Of a stretch of 64,000 nucleotides of DNA, positions 19,743 to 30,628 are shown piece by piece. Each line of letters begins with the position of its first letter. Positions within the stretch are counted from its first letter, which is position 1. A program made the translations under genes and the position numbers. The notes beneath the pieces are model-generated. The model ran no database searches and was not told where the DNA came from. It saw nothing but the letters and a program-made list of their open reading frames with translations. Source of the stretch: Polyangiales bacterium (GTDB lineage Bacteria; Myxococcota_A; Polyangia; Polyangiales; Ga0077539); the NCBI GenBank assembly GCA_046351555.1, contig JAXLYI010000006.1, positions 186,284 to 250,283 on the forward strand. The letters are read 5' to 3'.

Positions 19743-21152
19743 CTACGCCAGCCCGTGCTCCTCGAGCTTGTTGTAGAGCGTGCGGCGGCTCACGCCGAGC
19801 AGCCGCGCCGCGAGCGTGCGGTTGTTCGCCGCGCGCTGGAGCGCCGTCAGCAGCGCCTCGCGCTCGGCCTCGCGACGTCGCCCGTCGAGCGTCTGCGCCC
19901 CGTCGCCCCCCGCCGGCGGAGGAACACTCGGCGCGCCGTGCGGCGGCGTCACGCTCGGCCCCACGCGCGCGCCCTCAACGCCCGGCCCCCGCGCGAGCTC
20001 GCGCGCGACGTCCGCGCCGGTGATCAGGTCGTTGGGCGCGAGCACCACGAGGCGCTCGATGAAGTTCTGGAGCTGGCGGACGTTGCCCGGCCACGGGTGG
20101 GCCTGGAGCGCGGCCACCGCGTCGGGGGCCAGCGCCGCGTGGGGCCGCCCGTTGGCCGCGCCGTGCACCGCGCAGAAGTGGGCCGCGAGCGGCGCGACGT
20201 CCGCGGGCCGCGTGCGCAGCGGCGGCATCCACACGGGCACGACGTTGAGCCGGTAGAAGAGGTCCTCACGGAAGGTGCCCTGCGCGACGAGCTCCTCCAG
20301 GTTGCGGTGCGTCGCGGCCACGAAGCGCACGTCGATCTTCTGCGGCCGCGTGCCGCCGAGGCGCTCGACCGTCTTCTCCTGGAGCACCCGCAGGAGCTTC
20401 ACCTGCGTCGCCGGCGTGACGTCGCCCACCTCGTCGAGGAAGAGCGTGCCCCCGTGGGCCAGCTCGACGCGGCCCGGCTTCGACACGTTGGCCCCGGTGA
20501 AGGCCCCGCGCTCGTACCCGAAGAGCTCGCTCTCGAGAAGGTTGTCTGGGAGCGCCGCGCAGTGGAGCGCCACGAAGGGCCCCGCTCGCCGCGGCGACCC
20601 CTCGTGGATCGCCCGCGCCGCCAGCTCCTTGCCCGTCCCCGACTCGCCGCGGATGAGCACCGTGGCCGTCCCCTGCGCCGCCCGCGCCAGCAGCGCGTGG
20701 ACCTCGCGCATCGCGTCGGACGTCCCCACGAACGACCCCGGCGCGGCGGGCGCGGCCGGCGGGCGCTCGGCGGCGGCGCGCCCCGAGGCCAGCGCCTTCT
20801 GCACCGCGAAGAGCACCTCGTCGCGGTCGCAGGGCTTCAGCACGAAGTCGCTCGCGCCGAGCTTCATCGCCTCCACCGCGAGCGCGACCGTCCCCTGCCC
20901 GCTCATCATCACCACGGGCAGGTCGGGCCACTGCGCCCGCACCCGCTGGAGCAGCGCCATCCCGTCCATCTCGCCCATGTAGAGGTCGGTGACGAGCGCG
21001 TCGTGCGGCCGGCGCGCCAGGGCCTCCAGCGCCGCGGGCCCCGAGGAGACGTACTCCGACTCGACGCCCGCCTGCTTGAGGAGCGCCTGGAGGATGCGGC
21101 CCACGGAGGGCTCGTCGTCGACGATCAGCACGGAAGCTGCGGGGTGTGGCAT
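19743..21152 (-). CDS. Sigma-54-dependent response regulator (NtrC family)
   Basis: REC (LVTDLYMGEMDG), GESGTGKE, GAFTGA, HTH LLGVSRRTLYNKL. Confidence 0.9.
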   Translation of the reverse strand: MPHPAASVLIVDDEPSVGRILQALLKQAGVESEYVSSGPAALEALARRPHDALVTDLYMGEMDGMALLQRVRAQWPDLPVVMMSGQGTVALAVEAMKLGASDFVLKPCDRDEVLFAVQKALASGRAAAERPPAAPAAPGSFVGTSDAMREVHALLARAAQGTATVLIRGESGTGKELAARAIHEGSPRRAGPFVALHCAALPDNLLESELFGYERGAFTGANVSKPGRVELAHGGTLFLDEVGDVTPATQVKLLRVLQEKTVERLGGTRPQKIDVRFVAATHRNLEELVAQGTFREDLFYRLNVVPVWMPPLRTRPADVAPLAAHFCAVHGAANGRPHAALAPDAVAALQAHPWPGNVRQLQNFIERLVVLAPNDLITGADVARELARGPGVEGARVGPSVTPPHGAPSVPPPAGGDGAQTLDGRRREAEREALLTALQRAANNRTLAARLLGVSRRTLYNKLEEHGLA

Positions 21153-21226
21153 CGCGGGCGCGAGGATACCCGAAAGCCCCCCGCCGCCATCCCCCCACGG
21201 CGAACGCGCCGCGGCGCCGACGCCCG

Positions 21227-21256
21227 TTGACGCCGGCGCCCCCGCCGCGGTGCAAT
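21227..21256 (+). promoter_or_regulatory. Candidate sigma-70-type promoter (TTGACG-N18-TGCAAT) upstream of 21263
   Basis: Hexamers read by eye. Only 4/6 match in the -10 box. No experimental support. Confidence 0.2.
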
Positions 21257-21262
21257 CCGCGC

Positions 21263-22891
21263 ATGCGCCCGAACCGCCTCCTGCAGGCGGCCTCGCTCGC
21301 CGCCGCGCTCGCCGCGTGCGCCGACAGCGAGGTCGCGCTCGTCTACGAAGTCGACGCCGCCGGCGACACGGGCCCCGACCGCACGCTCCCGCCCGACGCC
21401 TCCACCGACGCCGCGGCGCCCTTCGACGCCACCGCCGACGCCACCGCCGACCAGGCCGCGGCCCCCGACGCGGCGGGCGACGTCGCTCCGACCGGCGACG
21501 CGACGGGCGACGGAACCCCCGCCGCCGACGCCTCCCCCACCGGCCCCGGCTGCGGCGCGCGCGAGACGTGCGGCAACGGGCTCGACGACAACTGCGACGG
21601 GCGCAGCGACGAGGGCTGCACCTGCGTCCCGGGGATGACCACGCGCTGCTACGCGGGCGCCCCGGGGCTCGCCGGCCGCGGCGCCTGCGCGCTCGGCACC
21701 GCGCGCTGCGAGGGGACAGGCGAGTTCGGGAGCTGGGGCGCCTGCGCGGGCTCCGTCGCCCCGTCGCCCGAGTCCTGCGACAACGTCGACAACGACTGCG
21801 ACGGGATGACCGACGAAGAGGTCACCCGCACCTGCTACACCGGCCCCGCCGGCACGCAGGATCGCGGCCCCTGCCGCGGCGCCACGCAGACCTGCGCCGC
21901 GGGCTCGTGGGGCGCCTGCACCGGCGACGTCACGCCCGCCACGGAGGTGTGCGACGGCGTCGACAACGACTGCGACGGGACGACCGACGAGGGACTCACC
22001 CGCCCCTGCTACGGCGGCCCCGCGGGCACGATGGGCGTCGGCGCGTGCCGCGGCGGGACGGAGACCTGCGCGATGGGCGCGTGGGGCGCCTGCGCCGGCG
22101 CGGTCACGCCCGCGACCGAGACCTGCGACGGCGCCGACAACGACTGCGACGGGACGGCCGATGAGTCGGTGACGCGGCCGTGCTACTCGGGCCCGACCGG
22201 CACGCAGGGCGTCGGGCGCTGCCGCGGGGGGGTGCAGGCCTGCGCGGCGGGCGCGTGGGGCCTGTGCGACGGGCAGGTGGGCCCGGTGACCGAGATCTGC
22301 CGCAACGGCGCCGACGACGACTGCGACGGGATGACGGACGAGGGCTGCGCCCCGTGCATCACGGCGACGGCGATGAGCTCGCCGTGGCAGGTGCACCGGG
22401 TGATGGGCCCGGTGTGCTTCGGGCGAACCTTCTCGCAGCACGGCGACCCGGGGGAGTACGAGCTCGCGTCGATCCCCGCGGAGGCCGACGGCGGGTGGCG
22501 CGCGGTCACGTCGCCGACGATCGACTTCTCCGAGTCGTCGGCCCTCTGCGGCCGCGCGTGCGAGTGCCTCAACGGCGGGGAGTTCACGTACTTCCAGACG
22601 TTCTTCGACGTGACGCCGGGCTACGCGGTCACGTCGCTCACGGTGTCGATGGGCGGCGTCGACGACGGCGCGCGGGTGACGGTGTTCAACGCGCTGTACC
22701 CGGCGGGCGTGGTCGAGCCCGGGTCGCACATCCTCCTCGGGGGCACGAGCGTCACCACCAACCTGGCGCGGTACGTCGTCCCGGGCCGCAACCGCGTGGT
22801 CATCACCCACATCGACGACTGCTGCTCCGCCCGGAGCCTCACGGGTGTGCAGGTGGTGCTCAACGGCGCCCCGCTCGCCGCGTGCATGTGA
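21263..22891 (+). CDS. Lipoprotein with five MopE-type Cys-rich 'putative metal-binding' repeats plus a C-terminal domain
   Basis: Lipobox AALAACA. Five copies of about 47 aa, C..DNDCDG.TDE..TR.CY.GP.GT.G.G.C (nt about 21590-22365), then a 170-aa non-repeat domain. Confidence 0.8.
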   Translation: MRPNRLLQAASLAAALAACADSEVALVYEVDAAGDTGPDRTLPPDASTDAAAPFDATADATADQAAAPDAAGDVAPTGDATGDGTPAADASPTGPGCGARETCGNGLDDNCDGRSDEGCTCVPGMTTRCYAGAPGLAGRGACALGTARCEGTGEFGSWGACAGSVAPSPESCDNVDNDCDGMTDEEVTRTCYTGPAGTQDRGPCRGATQTCAAGSWGACTGDVTPATEVCDGVDNDCDGTTDEGLTRPCYGGPAGTMGVGACRGGTETCAMGAWGACAGAVTPATETCDGADNDCDGTADESVTRPCYSGPTGTQGVGRCRGGVQACAAGAWGLCDGQVGPVTEICRNGADDDCDGMTDEGCAPCITATAMSSPWQVHRVMGPVCFGRTFSQHGDPGEYELASIPAEADGGWRAVTSPTIDFSESSALCGRACECLNGGEFTYFQTFFDVTPGYAVTSLTVSMGGVDDGARVTVFNALYPAGVVEPGSHILLGGTSVTTNLARYVVPGRNRVVITHIDDCCSARSLTGVQVVLNGAPLAACM

Positions 22892-22941
22892 CCGCGCGAA
22901 TGTTCGCGTTCGCCGGGCGCTTGCGTTAGGGTTTCGGCGCG

Positions 22942-24033
22942 ATGGCCCGGCCGCTCGCGTTCGCGCTCGAACCCTCGGACGTCTTCCTCGCCCTCCTGCG
23001 CCTGCGCGCGGCGGCGGAGGCCGGGCGCTGGCCCGTCGGCGTCTCCGCGCGCTTCGCGGCCGCGGCGGGGCGCGAGTTCGCGGGCCTCGAGCCCTGCGTC
23101 CGCGCGATCGGGGTCTGCTACTCCGAGCTCGAGGCGCGCCGCGTGGCCGTGGTCGACCGCGCGCCCCAGTCGCGCTTCGCCGACGTCGACGGCGCGCTCC
23201 ACCTCGCGGCGTGCTCCATCGACGTCGCGCTCGAGCTCGACCACGTCCGCGTCGCCGTCGACCGCGGCGACCGCGCCGTGCGCGACAACGGCCGGCTCCT
23301 CGCGAGCGCGCTGCGGCAGCTCCTCTGGTACGCGGTCCACTCCGACCTGCTGGTGTGCTCGCGGATGATGCTGGGCGGCGCCGAGACCTCGCCCGACCGC
23401 GTGCTCGAGTACGTCGACTCCTACCTCGCGAGCGCGTGGCCGCCGGGCGCCGCCCCCGAGCCCCCGGCGCCGGGCGCGGTCGACGCGGACGACGAGCACG
23501 AGCCCATCGCCGCCCACCCCCCCGAGCACACGGCGCTGCCCTTCCACGAGTCGACGGCGGTGTTCCACCCCGACCGGCAGTCGGGGGCGCCGGGCTTCGT
23601 CGACCTGCTGGGCGACACGGGCACCGCCGACGCGTTCGACCGCGCGAGCGTCGAGCCCACCTCGCCCTCTGGCCTGCTCGACCCCGACGTGCGCGCGAAG
23701 CTCGCGGCGGGGCGCGGCGACGGCCCCGAGCACTTCGCCCTCGGCGACGACGCGGAGTCGGGCGCGTGGCGGCGCTCGATCCTCGACGGCGTGACGCCCT
23801 CCCGCAAGCTCTCCGCCGCACTCGACGCCCTCTCCGACGACGCGCTCTTCTTCCTCGAGACGTCCGGGACGCGCTGGCCCTGCGACCACGCCAGCCTCCA
23901 GGCCGCCCGCGCGGTCCTCCTCGCGCGCGTCCCCCGCGGCGAAGCCCCCGTCGACGCCCGCGGGGTCACCCGCGCCTGGTCCGACCGCGTCGAGCGCGGC
24001 TACGACGAGCTGCGGCGGCTGGTCGAGCGCTGA
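22942..24033 (+). CDS. Hypothetical protein
   Basis: Coherent ORF with no recognisable motifs. Confidence 0.45.
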   Translation: MARPLAFALEPSDVFLALLRLRAAAEAGRWPVGVSARFAAAAGREFAGLEPCVRAIGVCYSELEARRVAVVDRAPQSRFADVDGALHLAACSIDVALELDHVRVAVDRGDRAVRDNGRLLASALRQLLWYAVHSDLLVCSRMMLGGAETSPDRVLEYVDSYLASAWPPGAAPEPPAPGAVDADDEHEPIAAHPPEHTALPFHESTAVFHPDRQSGAPGFVDLLGDTGTADAFDRASVEPTSPSGLLDPDVRAKLAAGRGDGPEHFALGDDAESGAWRRSILDGVTPSRKLSAALDALSDDALFFLETSGTRWPCDHASLQAARAVLLARVPRGEAPVDARGVTRAWSDRVERGYDELRRLVER

Positions 24034-24057
24034 CCGCCTGCGGTAGTCTCCGCGCCA

Positions 24058-24566
24058 TGCGCCGACCGATCCGCGCGGCCGCCCTGTCGCTGGCCCTCAC
24101 GCTCGCCCCCTCGCTCGCCCCCGCGATCACCGCCCGCCGCGTGACGGTGGCCGAGCTCACGCGCGCCTCCGACGACGTGGTGGTGGGCACCGTCCGCCGC
24201 TCGGTGAGCCGCTGGGAGGGGCGCCTCATCGTCACCGACCACGAGGTCGAGCTCAGCGCGGTGCTCAAGGGCCGGCTCGCGCCGCGCGCGGTGGTGGTGG
24301 TGCGCGTGGCCGGCGGCGTGGTGGGGCGCATCGGGCAGCACGTGCCCGGCGCCCCCTCGCTCGAGGACGGCGCGACGTACGTGCTCTTCCTCGCGGGCGG
24401 CGTCTCCGACGTGCGCTACCTCGCGCACATGACGGCGGCGGTGGTGCCCGTGACGCTCGACGCCGCGGGGGCGATACAGGCGCGCGCCCCCGAGTCACTC
24501 GCGGCCGGCGCGCCTTCGGTGGCGCTCGAGCGCATGGCGGGCGCGGTGCGCGCGGTGGCGCCGTGA
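24058..24566 (+). CDS. Secreted hypothetical protein
   Basis: Signal peptide MRRPIRAAALSLALTLAPSLAPA. Immediately upstream of the metalloprotease, with a 4-nt overlap. Confidence 0.5.
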
Positions 24567-25453
24567 GGCCCGCGGCGGCCGCGCTCGCGCTGTCGCTGTG
24601 TTCGCTCGCGGGCGACGCGGCGGCGTACTGCCGCTCGACCACGTCGCGCATGCGCGCCTCCGCCCTCGGGGAGTGCGTGCGCACGGGCATCCCGCTGTCG
24701 TGGCGGTCGCGCTGCACGGGCTTCTCGCTCTTCCGCGCCAACACCCCGTCGAGCGTGCCGCTGATGGAGTTCGACCGGCTGGCGCGGGTGGCGACGGAGG
24801 CGTGGGCGCGCGTCCCCTGCGACGCCGACGGCCGCGGCACCCAGTACTTCCGCGTGCTCCCCAACCTCCCGACGTGGAACCCCTCGGGCTACGACCCCCG
24901 CGGCGAGAACTCCAACACCATCTCCTTCCGGCCGCGGTGGAACGACGACGCCGTCCACCGCCCCGGCGCCATCGCGATCACCATCGCCACGTTCGACTCC
25001 TTCACCGGCGAGATCTTCGACGCCGACATGGAGATGAACGACGCGGAGTTCGACTTCTCCACCGCGCAGTCGATGTCCGACCCCTCCGCGGCCGACCTGC
25101 AGACGATCCTCACCCACGAGTTCGGGCACTTCATGGGCCTTTCGCACAGCGACAACGACCGCGCGGTGATGTGGCCCGAGGCCGGCCTCGGGGAGATCCG
25201 CCGCGACCTCACCTCCGACGACGCCGCGGGGATGTGCGCGATCTACCCCGCCGCCCAGACGCCCGCGACGCGCTGCATCGCCGTCCCCTACGGCGGCCTC
25301 ACCACGCAGCCCGGCGGCACCCGCGTCACCGGCGCCTGCGCCACCGCGCCCGGAACCTCCGCCCCCTCCCACGCTCTCATCGCCACGCTCGCCACCCTCG
25401 CCGCCCTCGCGCGCCTCCGCCGACGTGAACGATCCGTCACGCGCCCCACGTGA
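24563..25453 (+). CDS. Secreted metzincin (matrixin-like) zinc metalloprotease with probable MYXO-CTERM tail
   Basis: HEFGHFMGLSHS (HExxHxxGxxH) plus a Met-turn AVMWP. The C-terminus ...GACATAPGTSAPSHALIATLATLAALARLRRRER has a Cys-containing motif, a TM helix and an Arg-rich tail, as in MYXO-CTERM. Confidence 0.7.
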   Translation: MRPAAAALALSLCSLAGDAAAYCRSTTSRMRASALGECVRTGIPLSWRSRCTGFSLFRANTPSSVPLMEFDRLARVATEAWARVPCDADGRGTQYFRVLPNLPTWNPSGYDPRGENSNTISFRPRWNDDAVHRPGAIAITIATFDSFTGEIFDADMEMNDAEFDFSTAQSMSDPSAADLQTILTHEFGHFMGLSHSDNDRAVMWPEAGLGEIRRDLTSDDAAGMCAIYPAAQTPATRCIAVPYGGLTTQPGGTRVTGACATAPGTSAPSHALIATLATLAALARLRRRERSVTRPT

Positions 25454-25624
25454 CGCCCCTGACCCGTGACCGCCCCTCCGGGGTGTGAACGCGCGGACAC
25501 GTGCCGGCGGTTCTACGGGAATTGCCGCGGTTTCTTTCAGCGCACGGCATCGCCCCTGCCGCCGACGGGCCCGGCGCGCGCGGCACGGCGGTTGCCAAAC
25601 GGTTCCTCCGCCGGGAGGACGCCG

Positions 25625-26239
25625 ATGACCAACACCCTTACGACCCTGAACGACGCCCAGCTCCGCGACCGCCTGCTCACCCTCGACGAGGCCGCGTGGC
25701 GCGAGTTCCACCGCCGCTACGACCGCATGGTGTGGACGTGCGTGCACCGCGTGGTCGCGCGCTTCAGCGGCGTGGTCCCCTCCGACGCCCTCCACGAGAT
25801 CCGCGCGAACTTCTACGCCGCGCTGCTCGCCAACGACCTGCACAAGCTCCGCACCTTCGACGTCGAGCGCGGCAACAAGCTCGGGAGCTGGATCGGCCTC
25901 ATCGCCATCAACGCCGCGTGGGACTACCTCCGCACCTGCGCCCGCCGCCCCACCGCGCCGCTCTTCGCCGCCGAGGGCCTGCACAGCGAGGAGGCCGACC
26001 TCTTCACCGTCTCCGCCGCCCGCCAGGAGTGCGCGCGCCTCGCGGACGTCGTCGGCGGCCTCCCGCCGCGCGACCGGGAGTTCGTCCGCCTCTACTTCGT
26101 CGACGGCCGCTCCCCCCAGGAGGTGGCCGACGCCCTCGGGATGAACGTCAAGAGCGTCTACACCAAGAAGCACCGCCTCACGCGGCACCTCCGCGACGCG
26201 CTCCGCGCGCGCCTCGACGCCCTCCCCGCCGCGGCCTGA
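25625..26239 (+). CDS. ECF-type sigma-70 family sigma factor
   Basis: Region 2 (...HRVVARF...) and region 4 HTH (SPQEVADALGMNVKSVYTKKHRL). RBS GGGAGGA precedes the ATG. Confidence 0.75.
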   Translation: MTNTLTTLNDAQLRDRLLTLDEAAWREFHRRYDRMVWTCVHRVVARFSGVVPSDALHEIRANFYAALLANDLHKLRTFDVERGNKLGSWIGLIAINAAWDYLRTCARRPTAPLFAAEGLHSEEADLFTVSAARQECARLADVVGGLPPRDREFVRLYFVDGRSPQEVADALGMNVKSVYTKKHRLTRHLRDALRARLDALPAAA

Positions 26240-26250
26240 GCGAGCCTCCT

Positions 26251-26964
26251 TCAGCCCCCCGCGCCGCCCTTCGGCGCCTCCCCCTGCTCGTCCCCCGACT
26301 CCTCCAGCATCCCGTCCGGCAGGTCGTGCCCCATGCGGTTCTGCTTCGCGCGCAGGTACCCGCGGCTGTGCTCGTTGACGGGCACGGCCACGGGCACGCG
26401 CCGGACGACGCGCACCCCCTCGGCCTCCAGCCCCTCGACCTTCGCCGGGTTGTTGGTGAGCAGCGCCACCGAGCGGACGCCGAGCGCGCGCAGCATGTCG
26501 GCCGCGGGGCGGTAGCTCCGGAGGTCGTCGGGGAAGCCCAGCAGGCGGTTGGCGTCGACCGTGTCGTGCCCCTGCGACTGGAGCGCATACGCGCGGATCT
26601 TGTTGCCGAGCCCGATGCCGCGGCCCTCCTGGCGGAGGTAGAGCACCACGCCCGCGCCCGCCTCGGCGACGGCGCGCAGCGCGTGGTCGAGCTGCTCGCG
26701 GCAGTCGCACTTGAGCGAGTGGAGCGCCTCGCCCGTCCAGCACTCGGAGTGCGCGCGCGTGAGCACCGCCTCGGCGCCCGCCACCTCGCCGCGCACGATC
26801 GCGACGTGCTCCACCGGCGCGCACTCCGGGTCCGCCGAGCGCTCGCGGAACACCAGCACGCGGAACTCTCCGTACTCCGTCGGGACGAGCGCCTCGGCGT
26901 AACGATCGACGGGCGGGGGGGGCGGCGCGGAGGAGGGCGAGGGCATCGGCGGGCGCGGGAGCAT
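26251..26964 (-). CDS. ribA: GTP cyclohydrolase II
   Basis: Zinc site ...SECWTGEALHSLKCDCREQL... and ...RQEGRGIGLGNKIRAY... are RibA hallmarks. Confidence 0.85.
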   Translation of the reverse strand: MLPRPPMPSPSSAPPPPPVDRYAEALVPTEYGEFRVLVFRERSADPECAPVEHVAIVRGEVAGAEAVLTRAHSECWTGEALHSLKCDCREQLDHALRAVAEAGAGVVLYLRQEGRGIGLGNKIRAYALQSQGHDTVDANRLLGFPDDLRSYRPAADMLRALGVRSVALLTNNPAKVEGLEAEGVRVVRRVPVAVPVNEHSRGYLRAKQNRMGHDLPDGMLEESGDEQGEAPKGGAGG

Positions 26965-27038
26965 CGTCGCGCCGGGGCGCCGCCGTCAAGCGGCGCAGAA
27001 TTTCGCGCCCCGCGGCGACGGGCATATCCTCCCGCGCG

Positions 27039-27818
27039 ATGAAGATCGTCAGTTGGAACGTCAACGGCATCCGCTCGGCCCTCAAGGGCACCTTCCTCGA
27101 CTGGTTCAAGGCCACCGACCCCGACGTGTTGAGCCTCCAGGAGATCCGCGCCGAGTGGGCGGAGCTCGACCTCTTCACCCAGGGCGAGCTCTCGGCGCAT
27201 CACGACGTGTGCTGGTTCCCCGCGACGTCGAAGAAGGGCTACGCGGGCTCGGCGACGCTCACCCGCAAGAAGCTGGGCTTCACCCACACCAAGGGCCTCG
27301 GCATCCCGGCCTACGACGTCGAGGGCCGCATGGTGGTGAGCGAGCACCCGGCCTTCACCCTCGTCGCGGGCTACTTCCCCAACGCCGCCGCCGAGCTCGC
27401 GCGGCTGCCGTACAAGCGCAAGTTCTCCCGCGACCTCGCCGCGTTCGTGCGCGCGCGCCACGCCGCCGGCAAGCCCGTCGTCGTCGTCGGTGACATGAAC
27501 GTCGCCCCCGAGGAGATCGACCTCGCCAACCCCAAGACCAACCGCAAGAACCCCGGCTTCACCGACGAGGAGCGCGAGGACTTCCGCGCCTACCTGAAGG
27601 AAGACCTCGTCGACGTCTTCCGCGAGCGCCACCCCGGCGAGCCCGGGCTCTACACCTGGTGGTCGCAGCGCGGCGCCGCCCGCGCCAAGAACGTCGGCTG
27701 GCGCATCGACATCTTCCTCGTCAGCCGCCCGCTCGCTTCGAAGGTCACCGACGCGCGCATCCACCCCGACGTGCGCGGGTCCGACCACTGCCCGATCTCC
27801 CTCGACCTCGACGTGTGA
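27039..27818 (+). CDS. xth: Exodeoxyribonuclease III
   Basis: MKIVSWNVNGIRS..., ...VVGDMNVAP..., ...GSDHCPISLDLD are Xth/APE1 family motifs. Confidence 0.9.
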   Translation: MKIVSWNVNGIRSALKGTFLDWFKATDPDVLSLQEIRAEWAELDLFTQGELSAHHDVCWFPATSKKGYAGSATLTRKKLGFTHTKGLGIPAYDVEGRMVVSEHPAFTLVAGYFPNAAAELARLPYKRKFSRDLAAFVRARHAAGKPVVVVGDMNVAPEEIDLANPKTNRKNPGFTDEEREDFRAYLKEDLVDVFRERHPGEPGLYTWWSQRGAARAKNVGWRIDIFLVSRPLASKVTDARIHPDVRGSDHCPISLDLDV

Positions 27819-27821
27819 CCG

Positions 27822-28448
27822 TCACCCCCGCGGGCGCAGCCCGTCGAGCAGCACGTCCGCGACCTGCGACGCCGCCCGCTTGAGCCCGCCCGCCTCCGCG
27901 CTCCCGAGCGCCCACGTCATCGCGATCCCGTCGAGCGCGCCGAAGATCGCGCGCGCCATGATCCGCGGCGACACGTCGTCGCGCAGCTCGCCCGCGCGCT
28001 GCCCCTCGGCCACCACCGCGGCCATCAGCTCGAGGTACTCGGTGAAGCGCTTCGTCGCGTACTGCTTGAGCAGCCGCGACGACTGGCGGAGGTTCACCGT
28101 GATCACCTCAGCGAGGTCGCGCTCGCCCTCGAGGAGCCCGAGCTGGTACTCGACCACGCGCCGCACGCGCTCCGGGCCCGGCGGCAGCCCCTCCACCTCG
28201 CGCTTGAGGAGCGTCAGGAGGCGCGTGATCCGGTCTTCGAAGAGCGAGGTGAGGAGCTCGTCCTTGCCCTTGAAGTAGAGGTAGATGGTGCCGTCGGCGA
28301 CGCCCGCGGCCTTCGCGATCTCCGACACGCGGGAGGCGTAGAAGCCTTTGCGCGCGAAGACCTTCACGGCCGCGCGGAGGATGCGCTCGCGCTTCTCGAC
28401 GGCCCGGGGGTCGTCGCGGCGGCGGCCGCTGAATCGCGGTTCAGTCAC
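27822..28448 (-). CDS. TetR family transcriptional regulator
   Basis: N-terminal HTH RILRAAVKVFARKGFYASRVSEIAKAAGVADGTIYLYF. Confidence 0.85.
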   Translation of the reverse strand: MTEPRFSGRRRDDPRAVEKRERILRAAVKVFARKGFYASRVSEIAKAAGVADGTIYLYFKGKDELLTSLFEDRITRLLTLLKREVEGLPPGPERVRRVVEYQLGLLEGERDLAEVITVNLRQSSRLLKQYATKRFTEYLELMAAVVAEGQRAGELRDDVSPRIMARAIFGALDGIAMTWALGSAEAGGLKRAASQVADVLLDGLRPRG

Positions 28449-28485
28449 GCGGCGGGCGCTACCATGGGCCCGCGCGGGGCGTCAA

Positions 28486-30252
<1,767 letters not shown>

Positions 30253-30628
30253 GCGTTCACCTCTCGGTAGATCCCTTGCGCTTGCCCTCAGTGAAACGGC
30301 ATCCGCCCCGAGAACTCAAGCCCCGAATGCCGCGCTTCAGACACCGGCCCATGTGCGAACGGTGGGGTCATGTACGGGCGCCGACCAGTCGGAGGCGCCG
30401 CGCGGGGGAAGGTGCGGCAGCGGCCGGCCGGGCGCGGCGCGCAGCTCCGCTGGACAAGGTCACCCCCGGATCGTACCCTGCGTGGCCTGTTTCGGGTGGC
30501 GCCGCCTCCGCACGGACGCGTCCCCGCGCTGCCCTCCCCACGCCCTCCCCCAACACCCGCCACCACGCGCACCCATCCCCCCCGCCGCATCGGCGGTCGC
30601 GGCCGGCGCCACCACCCATGGACGTCCC

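Noticed and set aside
21153-21262. Sigma-54 (-24 GG / -12 GC) promoters upstream of the MVP, MopE-like and membrane-protein genes near the three enhancer-binding proteins
   Set aside because: Manual scanning found no TGGCAC-N5-TTGC-like element with correct spacing. A PWM search would be needed, so no such feature was called.
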